Assembly (NCBI GenBank): GCA_040386535.1
Contig: JAZKFH010000043.1
Location: 1 to 64,000, forward strand
Reading direction: 5' to 3'
Source of the DNA: Myxococcota bacterium
Lineage (GTDB): Bacteria > Myxococcota_A > UBA796 > SXON01
Length of the DNA stretch: 64,000 nucleotides
In this document: piece after piece, positions 19,547-28,600 of the stretch
Numbering within the stretch: position 1 is the first letter of the stretch
How the letters are laid out: each line of letters starts with the position of its first letter
Notes under the pieces: model-generated
Database searches by the model: none
Told to the model about the DNA's origin: nothing
What the model saw: only the letters and a program-made list of their open reading frames with translations
Made by a program: the position numbers and the translations under genes

Positions 19547-19930
19547 ATGATCATCCGCAAGGTCCTGCTGGTGGACGACGAAGAGGACATCCGCACGATC
19601 GGCCAGATCTGCCTGTCCCGCGTCGGGGGCTGGGAGACCATCCTCGCGGCCAGCGGGGAGGAGGCGCTGCGCCTCGCCGTGTCCGAGCGTCCCGACGTAG
19701 TGCTGCTCGACGTGATGATGCCCGGGATGGACGGCCCCACCGTCCTCGCCACCCTGCGTGCCAACCCGCTCACCGCCACCATCCCCGTGGTGTTCCTGAC
19801 CGCCAAGGTGCAGCGCGGTGATCTGGGCCACTACGTCGCCCTGGGCGCGCGCGGCGCCATCCCCAAGCCCTTCGACCCGATGCGGCTTCCCCACGAGGTG
19901 CGGCGCATCCTCGAACGCAGCAGCGGATGA
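19547..19930 (+). CDS. Single-domain response regulator (REC)
   Basis: VLLVDDE, LLDVMMPGMDG, FLTAK, KPFD. Confidence 0.93.
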   Translation: MIIRKVLLVDDEEDIRTIGQICLSRVGGWETILAASGEEALRLAVSERPDVVLLDVMMPGMDGPTVLATLRANPLTATIPVVFLTAKVQRGDLGHYVALGARGAIPKPFDPMRLPHEVRRILERSSG

Positions 19931-21615
19931 AAGCGCTCGATTCCGAGACCCTCGCGCACGCCATCTGCGCGGAGGTGCTCCGCGCGCTGCCCGTGGCGCT
20001 GCACCTGTACCACCTCGAGGATCGCGACGACGACCGCACGCTCCGCCTCATCGGGAGCAACCTCGCCGCCGAGCGTATCAGCGGTTCGCCCGCGTCCGCG
20101 ATGATCGGGCGCACGCTGGACGAGAACTTCCCCACGCTGCGGGCGGCGGGGCTGCCCCAGGCGTACGCCGAGGTCGCGCGTACGGGGGTGCCCTGGCACC
20201 GCGACAACTTCGTCCACGATGTCGACAACGTGCTCGTGTACGTGTTCGCGCTGCAGGCGTTCGCGTTGCCCGGCGACTGCGTCGGCGTCGTGTTCGAAGA
20301 CGCGACCGCGCGCTACCGCGCCCAGGAGGAGCTCCGCCGCAGCGAGGCGCGCCAACGCGCGCTCGTCCACGCCCTGCCCGACACGTTGTACCGGGTCGGC
20401 GCCGACGGGGCGTTGCTCGACGTGAAACGGGGCGTGAAGGGCCCCGACTGGCTCGCCGTCCGCGTGGCGGCCCACACGGACGATCCGTTGGCCCCGGGCG
20501 ACGTGCGGGTGTTCGAATACCGGGAGGGCGAGTGTGATGTCGAGGTGCGCCTCGTCCGCACCAGCGAGGTCGAGCAGCTCGCCATCGTGCGCGACATCAC
20601 CGAGCGCAAGCGCGGCGACCGCCGGAAGGACGAGTTCATCAGCATCGTGAGCCACGAGCTGCGCACCCCGCTCACGTCGATCCGCGGCGCGCTCGGCCTC
20701 ATCGAGGGCGGTGTGATCGGGGAGGTCCCCGCGGCCATGCAGGAGCTCGTCACGGTGGCCCGCACGAACGCCGACCGGCTGATCCGACTCATCAACGACA
20801 TGCTCGACCTCGACAAGATGGAGGCGGGGCGCCTCGAGCTCGAGCTCGATGCGATCGACGCCTTGGAGCTCGTCGACAGCGCGCTCGCCGGGGTGCGGGG
20901 CGCGGCCGACCACGCGGGCGTACGCCTCCGCCGCCTCGCCACGAGCGCCGTCACCCTCGTCGGCGACCGCGACCGGCTCCTCCAGGTGCTCACCAACCTG
21001 CTCTCCAACGCGGTGCGGTTCTCGCCGCCCCAGGCCACCGTCACCGTCACCGTCGCGGCCCCCACGGGGTACGCGTCGGCAGCGCGCGTTCGTTTCCTCG
21101 TGCACGACGAGGGCCCGGGCGTGCCCCAGGAGCGCTCCGAGCACCTGTTCCACAAGTTCACCCAGGTGGGCGGCGACGGCCCGCGGCGCCGCGGCGGCAC
21201 CGGCCTCGGGCTGGCGATCTCCAAGGCCATCGTCGACCAGCATGGCGGCACGATCGGCCTGGTGCGCGGCCTGGGCCCCGGCGCCACCTTCTACTTCGAG
21301 CTCCCGATCACCCACGAGCCCGCCCGCGACGACCTCTCCACCGAGGACCTCTTCGCCGACCTGCGCACGGCCTACGCCGCGTCGCTGCCCGCGCAGATCG
21401 AGACGCTCGCCGCGTGGGTCGAGCGAGGCCGCACCGATCCCGCCGCCGTGGGCGAGGCCGTCTCGCTCGCGCATCGCCTCAAGGGGACGGCCGGCACCTA
21501 CGGGCTCCCCGCCGTGAGCGCCGCCTCCGCGATCCTCGAAGGGGCGCTGCAGCGCGCGGCCCGCGCGGACATCGACGCCGCGGTGCGGACGTTGCGGGAG
21601 TTGGCGCGGGGGTAA
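19927..21615 (+). CDS. PAS-domain sensor histidine kinase with C-terminal Hpt domain
   Basis: PAS-like regions, SHELRTPL, NLLSNAVRF, DEGPG, GTGLGLAI, Hpt AHRLKGTAG; ATGA overlap with regulator. Confidence 0.93.
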   Translation: MKALDSETLAHAICAEVLRALPVALHLYHLEDRDDDRTLRLIGSNLAAERISGSPASAMIGRTLDENFPTLRAAGLPQAYAEVARTGVPWHRDNFVHDVDNVLVYVFALQAFALPGDCVGVVFEDATARYRAQEELRRSEARQRALVHALPDTLYRVGADGALLDVKRGVKGPDWLAVRVAAHTDDPLAPGDVRVFEYREGECDVEVRLVRTSEVEQLAIVRDITERKRGDRRKDEFISIVSHELRTPLTSIRGALGLIEGGVIGEVPAAMQELVTVARTNADRLIRLINDMLDLDKMEAGRLELELDAIDALELVDSALAGVRGAADHAGVRLRRLATSAVTLVGDRDRLLQVLTNLLSNAVRFSPPQATVTVTVAAPTGYASAARVRFLVHDEGPGVPQERSEHLFHKFTQVGGDGPRRRGGTGLGLAISKAIVDQHGGTIGLVRGLGPGATFYFELPITHEPARDDLSTEDLFADLRTAYAASLPAQIETLAAWVERGRTDPAAVGEAVSLAHRLKGTAGTYGLPAVSAASAILEGALQRAARADIDAAVRTLRELARG

Positions 21616-21631
21616 TTGGTTCGGGAGTTGG

Positions 21632-21753
21632 GGGCGCCCCCGCGCGGACGCGGGCAGGTCGCCTCCAGGCTCGCGGCGGAACCGCTCGGTCGGCCGGGCC
21701 GAGCCCGGCCGGACCAGCCGCCAGGGGCGGCTGCCTTCCGCGCCCTTGGCGCG
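21632..21753 (+). repeat. Dispersed structured intergenic element, copy 5
   Basis: GGGCGCC-CCGCG CGGA CGCGG-...CCAGGCTCGCGGCGGAACCGCTCGGTC-hairpin-G-GACC-hairpin-CCTTCCGCGCCCTTGGCGCG; 16 nt after stop at 21615. Confidence 0.85.
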
Positions 21754-21879
21754 GGGGCGATGGTCGACGGGCTCGCGTCGGTGTGCGGCGCCACCGTGCG
21801 GGGACCTGCTCGACAGGGGACGCCCCGGTGGACGCGTGGCGGCCACCGAGCGGGGACTTGCTCGACAGGGGTCGCCTCC

Positions 21880-22142
21880 GGGTGTGATCGGTTTCAGTCG
21901 GTGCGCGCCCAAGCAGCACATTTGGTCGGCACCAGGGATCGCGGACAGGACCGCAGTCGGCCGATGACCGAGCATCTCTCGACTGCGGTCCGCCTGGGAG
22001 GACCGCCGGCGGCCGATGACCGAGCATCTCGCGACTGCGGTCCGCCTGGGAGGACCGGGGTCGGCCGATGACCGAGCATCTCTCGACTCTGGTCCGCGGC
22101 GCGGGATTGGCGCTTGCCGGCCGACTGCAGTGGATCACACCC
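21880..22142. mobile_element. Non-autonomous MITE-like derivative with ISKra4/IS256-type ends and three internal 52-bp hairpin repeats
   Basis: Left end GGGTGTGATCGGTTTCAGTCGG, right end CCGACTGCAGTGGATCACACCC; internal units GGACCGCAGTCG-GCCGATGACCGAGCATCTCT-CGACTGCGGTCC at about 21948, 22000, 22052. Confidence 0.8.
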
Positions 22143-22151
22143 GGTGGCTCG

Positions 22152-22665
22152 GGGTGTGATCGCTATCAGTCGGTCTGGCGCAAAAACCAACAGGCCATGG
22201 GCTAGCGTTGTTCACGCAACTATGGCAGCGTTCGCCGATGTTCGACGCGCGGCGCAGGGAGCGCCGCAGTCCCGGGAGCGCTGCCGTGCCTGACGCCTAC
22301 CTCGATGCCCTCCGTCCGGTCATCCTCGAACTCGCAGCCGTCGTGAGGCGTAGACTCCGTCATCCAGGAGAGGGCGGCTCACAAGGGCACGGGCGAGGAA
22401 CGCTCCGCTCAGCTCGCGAACTACCTCGAGCGCTTCCATGATGCCGTCCAGTACGACGAGTTCGTGCGTCTCGGCTTCCCGATCGGTTCCGGTGAGATCG
22501 AGAGCGCGCACAAGGGCCAGGTGCAGGCGCGGATGAAGCTCCCAGGCACTTGGTGGACCGAGGCCAACGCCAATCGACTGCTCGCGCTTCGCCTCCTCCG
22601 CGCCAATCGTCGGTGGGACCAACACTGGTCCGATGCGGCGTGACCGACTGAAGTGGATCACACCC
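22152..22665 (+). mobile_element. Internally deleted ISKra4/ISLre2-like (IS256/MULE superfamily) insertion sequence
   Basis: Ends GGGTGTGATCGCTATCAGTCGG and CCGACTGAAGTGGATCACACCC; carries transposase C-terminus. Confidence 0.85.
22350..22643 (+). pseudogene. Transposase C-terminal fragment (ISKra4/UPF0236-like)
   Basis: Startless frame translates as ...NYLERFHDAVQYDEFVRLGFPIGSGEIESAHKGQVQARMKLPGTWWTEANANRLLALRLLRANRRWDQHWSDAA*; in-frame TGA at 22344. Confidence 0.85.
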
Positions 22666-22735
22666 GTCGCCTCCGTGGCCGCGTGGCGGCCACCAACGGT
22701 CGCACAACCGCGGCGGCCCCCCGGGGGAGCCCCCC

Positions 22736-22936
22736 GTCCGAGTCATGTCCACGTCATGTCCCCGTGAATGCACGCGGCACGGAGTCATGCCGGGTTGAAT
22801 GCTCGGATTCAGGCTACGCGCGCGCGCCGAAGGACGAACAATGCCGTTTGGTCCGTGGGCGGCGCGCGGAGCGGCGCTCACTTTGGGCGTTCATGGGGAC
22901 ATGACTCGGAAATAGCGGCGTTCAGGTGGGCATGAC
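22736..22936. repeat. Inverted-repeat-bounded unit, copy 1 (interrupted at its right end by IS21; continues 25738-25746)
   Basis: Inner IRs GTCATGTCCCCGTGAATGC (22753) and GCGTTCATGGGGACATGAC (ends 22905); near-identical to 25864-26055. Confidence 0.88.
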
Positions 22937-23268
22937 TGTCAAGCGCCACTCCCAAGGGACCACCCTCCGGCCACGATCTAGGGACCACCCCCGCCCCACC
23001 GAGGTGGCCACCGGCCACGAACAAGGGACCACCCTGGCGCGAACTAGGGACCACCCCCCAGGCCGCGATCGCATAGGTGGGACGGGCCTGATCGGAGGGT
23101 AGGGCTCTGCTGGAGAGCACCCCGAGCGCCGCACCAGGTGGCAGACCGCATGCGGCGGGCCTCTCTGCGGCCCGCCCATCTCTTGGTTCAGCCGCATCCC
23201 GGAGCCTTGAAAGCGAAAACTCGGGGGGTCCGGGGGCAGGCCCCCGGGTGCCCGCGGTGGCACAGGTG

Positions 23269-24027
23269 TCAGGCTTCGCCGCCGACCTTGGGCTTCTGCC
23301 GACGGCGGTACGACTCGCCCTCGATTACGAGGTCGTAGGCGCTGTTGACGAACCGGTCGACCAGGGCCTGCCCCTGCAGCGGGTCGGCGAGCAGCGCCAA
23401 CCACTCGGAGGGGTCGCGGTTCGAGGTCACGACCATCGAGGCCTTCTTGTGTCGTCCGCAGACGATGGCGTGGAGGTCCGACGTCTCGTGCGCGTCCATC
23501 GGCCGCAGGGCGAGGTCGTCGACGATCAGCACGTCGACCTGCGTGAGGCGCCGGAGCTCACGCTCGTGCGTGCCGTCGAGGCGGCAGGCGCGCAGGCGGT
23601 GGAGCAGCTTCTCGGCGGTCTCGCAGTGGACGGACAGGTCCCGCGCGATCGCGAGGTGGCCGAGCGCGTGGGCGATCATGGTCTTGCCCACGCCGACGGG
23701 GCCGATGATCAGCGCGTGGTGGTGCTCGTCGACGAAGCGAAGCAGCCGCAGGTCGTCCATCACGCGGCGGTCGAACGTGATCTTCGCGGCGGGGTCCCAA
23801 CGCTCGAACACGAGGTCGGGCTGCAGCCCGCCGTCCTTGGCGCGCACGCGATGACGCTGCTGCGCGCGGCGCTGGGTCTCGTCCGTGAGCAAGGTCAGGA
23901 GCAGGTCCTCGGGGTCGAGCTTCCGCTCGCGCGCGATGCGCAGGCGCTCGGGCAGCGTGGGGAGGAGCTGGCCGAGGCGCAGGGCCTTCATGGCGCGCTT
24001 CAGGTCGGGGGAGAGGTCAGGTCGCAT
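23269..24027 (-). CDS. istB: IS21 helper AAA+ ATPase IstB
   Basis: Walker A GPVGVGKT, Walker B LIVDD, VTSNR, DRF, IEGESYR; start MRPDLS overlaps istA end. Confidence 0.95.
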   Translation of the reverse strand: MRPDLSPDLKRAMKALRLGQLLPTLPERLRIARERKLDPEDLLLTLLTDETQRRAQQRHRVRAKDGGLQPDLVFERWDPAAKITFDRRVMDDLRLLRFVDEHHHALIIGPVGVGKTMIAHALGHLAIARDLSVHCETAEKLLHRLRACRLDGTHERELRRLTQVDVLIVDDLALRPMDAHETSDLHAIVCGRHKKASMVVTSNRDPSEWLALLADPLQGQALVDRFVNSAYDLVIEGESYRRRQKPKVGGEA

Positions 24028-25585
24028 CGGGGGGCTCTCTGGGGGTGAGGCGGAATTCGCCGGGATCGCGGCCAAAGCGCGTCGAGATGGGAGCGGCGGC
24101 GGCCCGCGCGGGAGGCGGCAGGGTCAACGCGGGGACCGCGCGCTCCAGGAGGCGCTGGACCCGCGTGACGTCGACCACGTCGAGGTCCAATGCGCGCTTG
24201 CACGCGTCGTCCACGGCCTCGTTGCCGTGGGTCCGACACAGCCCGAGCAGCCGGTGGACGTGGCGCGCCCGCGTCCACGGGAGCGGCCCCTCGAGGACGC
24301 GCCGTGCGTAGTCGCCGATCGCCACGCCGTGCTTCGCTGCGCGCGCCTGCAGGCCCTCGGCGTCGCGTGTGGCGAGCTCGCCGAGGCCCTCGGGGAGGTC
24401 GGCGGGGTCGATGACGCTCGCGCCCACCGCCGCGCGGGGGTGGACCTTCACGACAGCGCCGCGGTCGTAGAACTTGACACAGCTGCGGTCGAAGCGGATC
24501 CGCAACGTCCGGTCCCGGTATGCGTGCGGAACCGAGTAGAGGGCGCTTGCGACGGTCACCGCATGGTCACGACCGACTTTCAGCTCGACCCACGTGGGCC
24601 GGTCGTAGGGCGCATCGGGCGCCGGCAGCAGCTTCGGCCGCTCGTCCTCGAAGGCCTCGATCGGCTTCCTCCGCGTCTTGCCGTGGATGCGCTGCCCGGC
24701 CACGTCGCGGCACCACGCCTCGGCGTGGCGCCGGGCGTGCGCGAGGTCGACGAACCGCTCGCCCGCGAACGCACTCGACCGGGTGTACGCCACCGTGCGC
24801 TCGACCTTCGGCTTGTCCTGCGGTCGCCGGACCCGCGCGAGGTCGACGAGGAAGCCCCGGGACTGCGCGTACTCCGCGAAGCCCTCGTTCAGCGCCGGCT
24901 TCAGCGGGTCGGCCCGCGTGACGATCGGCTTCGGGTTGTCCGCGATCACGACGCGGAACACGCCGCCGAAGAACGCCCAGGCCCCCTCCAAGCCGGCGAT
25001 GACATCGTCGAGGGTCATGCCGAGGCACGGCCACACGAACGCGTGCCGACTGAACGCCGCCACGCACACCAAGGCCATGAGCTTCACCGGCTCGCCGCCG
25101 ATCACGATCATACCGACCTCCATGAAGTCGATCTCGAGCACCTCCCCGACCGGTGGCTCGACCAAGCGCACGGTGCCCTTCGGGCGTCGCTGGGGAAGCT
25201 CCTCGGCGATGAAGCGGCTGAGTGTGCGCGCGGGCACAACGACGCCAACGTGGCTCTGCAGAAGCCGCGCGATCTTTGGTGCCAGGCAGCCCTCGTCCAC
25301 CCAGGTGGAGATGCGGTCGCGGTGCTCCCGACACAGCGCTCGCATCTCGCCGACCCGGGGAGGCGCGCCCGGCAGTACGTCGGCGACGACCTGGCCGAGC
25401 AGCTCATCGTCGAGCGCCCGTCCGCCCTCCCGTTGGAGACCGCGAGCGATCGCGGCGTCAACGTAGCGCCGAACGGTCTTGCGGTCCGTGCCTGTGGCGG
25501 CCGCGACCGTACGCAAGCCTTCTCGGGCCTGCCACCTTCGAAGGATCTCCCGAATCACGATCACCGACAGCTCCCGAAACGCCAT
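24017..25585 (-). CDS. istA: IS21 transposase IstA
   Basis: N-terminal HTH (DRKTVRRY), DDE triad EIDF / ADNPK / DKPKVE, YSVP. Confidence 0.95.
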   Translation of the reverse strand: MAFRELSVIVIREILRRWQAREGLRTVAAATGTDRKTVRRYVDAAIARGLQREGGRALDDELLGQVVADVLPGAPPRVGEMRALCREHRDRISTWVDEGCLAPKIARLLQSHVGVVVPARTLSRFIAEELPQRRPKGTVRLVEPPVGEVLEIDFMEVGMIVIGGEPVKLMALVCVAAFSRHAFVWPCLGMTLDDVIAGLEGAWAFFGGVFRVVIADNPKPIVTRADPLKPALNEGFAEYAQSRGFLVDLARVRRPQDKPKVERTVAYTRSSAFAGERFVDLAHARRHAEAWCRDVAGQRIHGKTRRKPIEAFEDERPKLLPAPDAPYDRPTWVELKVGRDHAVTVASALYSVPHAYRDRTLRIRFDRSCVKFYDRGAVVKVHPRAAVGASVIDPADLPEGLGELATRDAEGLQARAAKHGVAIGDYARRVLEGPLPWTRARHVHRLLGLCRTHGNEAVDDACKRALDLDVVDVTRVQRLLERAVPALTLPPPARAAAAPISTRFGRDPGEFRLTPREPPDAT

Positions 25586-25846
25586 GCCGAACCCCAGGTC
25601 GAGGGGCTGCGTCGTCGCACGTCGCGGACGAGGTGGCCGCCGGTGGTCCCTAGATCGAGGCCGGGCGGTGGTCCCTAGTTCGTGGCGGGCGGGGCGTTCT
25701 GGTGGTCCTCATAGGGTGGCGGGCGACAGGGCATGACTTCGGACCGTCTCGTATCGCCGGCGCGATGCGTGCACATCGCGCCCGCGGCGGCAGCAAAGAT
25801 GCCGCAAGGAGCGGCGGCCCACCGGAGCACCCCGTGGGAGCCCTCC

Positions 25847-26055
25847 GTCCATGTCATCACCAAGTCATGTCCCCGTGAATGCACGCGGCACGGAGTCATG
25901 CCGGGTTAAATGCTCGGATTCAGGCTACGCGCGCCCGCCGGAGGACGAACAATGCCGTTTGGTCCGTGGATGGCGCGCGGAGCAGCCCCCACGTTGGGCG
26001 TTCATGGGGACATGACTCGGAAATAGCGGCGTTCAGGTGGGCATGACTTCGGACC
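25847..26055. repeat. Inverted-repeat-bounded unit, copy 2 (uninterrupted)
   Basis: 153-bp core 25864-26016 with the same IRs as copy 1, followed by the intact IS21 target TTCAGGTGGGCATGACTTCGGACC. Confidence 0.88.
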
Positions 26056-26190
26056 TGGTGACAGGACTGGCGTGAACAACAGCCGAACGCCGGTTTCTGG
26101 CGCCCCTCCCGGGCCGTCGCCGGACGGGGCGAGGATGCGCGTGCACGGCCTCGCGGAGAGTCTCCGCTACCGTAGGCCAGGGACCGGAAA

Positions 26191-26627
26191 TCAAGCTCGC
26201 TGCACATTCACGCCGCCCCGAGCCCGGCGTCGACGATCGACGCCACGGCCCCGGCGCAGCGGAACGGAGGCGCCCAGTTCCATCGTGTCGCCTCTACTCC
26301 CCAGGCCAGGATCCAAGCAAACGCGGGGTTGCTGGTCCCTGCTGACAGCTCCCCACCGAGCTCCCCGGTATCGAGCGGAAGCACGTTCCGACCGCCCGGC
26401 AGAAGGATGACGCTGAACCCTGTCTCTCCCTCCCTGCGCTGGATAGCCGCCCGCCGCCCCCAACCAGTAGTACACCACGCTGGGGAACGGCTGGCCGTCG
26501 TCGAAGAGGGCTTGGTCGAGCGGGTCGAGGGCGACGCAATCCAGCCAGATCTCTCGCCCAGTCGCGGTTGTGGGCAAGACGTATGTCTGCATCTTCTTGA
26601 TGTTCGCCGCTTCGATGGGCCGGTCAT
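26191..26627 (-). pseudogene. Possible frameshifted hypothetical gene fragment
   Basis: Protein-like sequence appears to switch from ORF 26191..26592 (IWLDCVALDP...VYYWLG) to ORF 26208..26627 (FSVILLPGGRNVL...) near a G run; atypical composition. Confidence 0.3.
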
Positions 26628-26711
26628 TCCAGCCCAGCCTGACCTCGCCGGTAAATCGCTGCGCTATGGCGAGACGCTAATCGCTTCCCGGGAAGACCAA
26701 ACAAAAGCGCC

Positions 26712-26866
26712 CGCGCCAAGGGCGCGGAGGGCAGCCGCCTCGGGCGGCTGGTCCAGCCGGGCGGCCGGAGAACCCAAGCCTACCGAAACGCCGTCCCGCC
26801 CGGCTGACCAAGCGGCTCCGCCGCGCGCCCGGAGCCGACCTGCCCCGAGTCCGCGAGGGGGCGCCC
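26712..26866 (-). repeat. Dispersed structured intergenic element, copy 6
   Basis: Reverse complement GGGCGCC...CCGGGCGCGCGGCGGAGCCGCTTGGTC-long hairpin-G-GACC-AGCCGC/GCGGCT-GCCCTCCGCGCCCTTGGCGCG; very similar to copy 5; followed by TTTTGTTT. Confidence 0.85.
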
Positions 26867-26979
26867 CGCGTGTCATCGTAGGACCCGCCCCTCAAGGATG
26901 TCCGCATTCGGCCGCCCCTGGGCTTGCGGCCGCGGCCCAGGATCGCCCTCGGTGCTGGACATTATTTCCGGGCGGACCC

Positions 26980-28020
26980 TCACGGCATGCACGAGGCAGG
27001 CTCCAACGTCTGCCCCACCTTGTCCCACCGCCAGCACGGCGCCTCCGTGGGGCCCGTGTCGCGTAGCACGATTGGCCGGATCAGCAGGTGATCGGGGTAC
27101 ACGTCCACCACGGTGTAGCCGTGGTCGGCGTAGACGTAGGCGGGGCGCAGGCCCGTGAGCCCGCCGCCCTCGGGATTGACGCCGATGTTCGCGATCGTGC
27201 CGTCCGCCAAGACCACCGGGGCGTTCGGCAGGCGTGCTTCGGAGCCGGAGCCGGACACGACCGACAACATCCGCGTGGGTTCGGTGGCGACCCGCGCGGC
27301 GGTCGACTCCGCGACCAGGCCCTCGAGGTGGTGGGCGTGCCCGGCGATGACCGCGTCGGGCGCCCGCACGGCGAGCGCGGCGGCGACACGTTCGAGCTCG
27401 CTCTTCTTCTCGAAGGAGGTGGCGGGCGGGTGGTGCTGCCCGGCGATCTTCCAGTCACACGCGGCGCCGAAGACGGGGATGCGGATGTCGTCCACGTTCG
27501 CGCTGTCACCCACCACGACACACACGCCGTTCTTGGCGCCGGCGTAGCAGAGGCGCGTGGGGTCGTCCACGCCGTCGACACAGGGCACCCGGTCCCACGG
27601 GGAATCGGCAGGGAGCGGGAAGGCCGCCGCGAGCGTGTTTGCCACCTTCGGTTGGGTGCTCGTGCGCACGTCCTCGCTCAGGTCGTGGTTGCCACGCATC
27701 GGTAGCACCGTGGGGCCGCTCCACTTGCGCCAGAACCGCGCGAGGCCCCTTCGATAGGCGCCGACCGTGGCCGGCTCGCCGTAGTAGAGGTCACCCGTGG
27801 CGAGCACGAGGTCGGGCGCGGGCGAGAGCGCGGCGAGGTGCGCGCGGAGCTGCTCGTACTGCGCGGCGCACGTCACGATGGTGGTGGTGGCGGCGTCCGT
27901 GCCGCAGACGGGCGAGAGCGCCTTGCCCGTGTCCCCGATGGCGACGATGCGCAGCAGCAGCGCATCTTCGGCCGCGGCAGGGAGGGACGCGGAGGCGAGG
28001 ACGGCGAGGAGGAGCGACAT
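26980..28020 (-). CDS. Exported calcineurin-like metallophosphoesterase (purple acid phosphatase-like)
   Basis: Signal MSLLLAVLASA; GDTG, GDLYY, GNHD, HHP, GHAH motifs. Confidence 0.88.
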   Translation of the reverse strand: MSLLLAVLASASLPAAAEDALLLRIVAIGDTGKALSPVCGTDAATTTIVTCAAQYEQLRAHLAALSPAPDLVLATGDLYYGEPATVGAYRRGLARFWRKWSGPTVLPMRGNHDLSEDVRTSTQPKVANTLAAAFPLPADSPWDRVPCVDGVDDPTRLCYAGAKNGVCVVVGDSANVDDIRIPVFGAACDWKIAGQHHPPATSFEKKSELERVAAALAVRAPDAVIAGHAHHLEGLVAESTAARVATEPTRMLSVVSGSGSEARLPNAPVVLADGTIANIGVNPEGGGLTGLRPAYVYADHGYTVVDVYPDHLLIRPIVLRDTGPTEAPCWRWDKVGQTLEPASCMP

Positions 28021-28088
28021 GGCGGGCCCGGGTGCGCGGGGAACGTAGCCCGGGCCTCGGGGTCCGCGGCGCGACGTCGCAGGGGGCC

Positions 28089-28523
28089 CTACGTCAGCGC
28101 GCGCGGCGCCTTGCGCTCCTCGGCCTCCGAGCTGTCCGCGTGGATCGCCTCGTGGATCACGCGCTTGGTGACCTCCGCGAGGTGCGCGGTGAGGGCCGAC
28201 GCCAACGCCGTGAACTCCGGCCACAACGTCTCGTCCACGAAACGTTTGGGGACACGCACCATCACGGTCTGCCGATGCTGGCCGTGCATCTGGTACGGCA
28301 CAAGATCGTACCGGCGCGCGAGCGCGAGGAACATCTGGCGCTCCCACGGATCCGGCAGGGAGAAGCGATACTCGACCGGGGGGTCGGTCACCGCGGACGC
28401 CGCCAGCCGGGCGAGGATGCGATCGCGGGCGTTCGCGGCCGCGGCCCGCTCGCCGGCGGTCGTCGCGCCGGCGTGGAGGGCCTCGATCTTCTGCAGGGTC
28501 TCGATGAGGGAGCGTTCGTCCAT
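28089..28523 (-). CDS. Hypothetical protein (DUF2786-like N-terminus)
   Basis: LQKIEALHAGATTAGERAAA helix-hairpin; normal codon pattern. Confidence 0.7.
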   Translation of the reverse strand: MDERSLIETLQKIEALHAGATTAGERAAAANARDRILARLAASAVTDPPVEYRFSLPDPWERQMFLALARRYDLVPYQMHGQHRQTVMVRVPKRFVDETLWPEFTALASALTAHLAEVTKRVIHEAIHADSSEAEERKAPRALT

Positions 28524-28600
28524 GGGGCCTCGGGCGGGGAGTGTACCAGCGGCGCCGCGGCCCGGCGCGCGCCCGACGGCCCCGCGCGCTACGCTCCCGC

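Larger units (their letters stand above)
22937..25728 (-). mobile_element. Complete IS21-family insertion sequence (2792 bp)
   Basis: Ends TGTCAAGCGCCAC...GGACCACC and GGTGGTCC...GTGGCGGGCGACA; several subterminal AGGGACCACC repeats; 9-bp target duplication GGGCATGAC at 22928-22936 and 25729-25737; istA+istB. Confidence 0.95.

Noticed and set aside
21947..22096. Possible mini-CRISPR
   Set aside because: Intervening sequences are identical rather than unique; the repeats lie inside IS-type ends.
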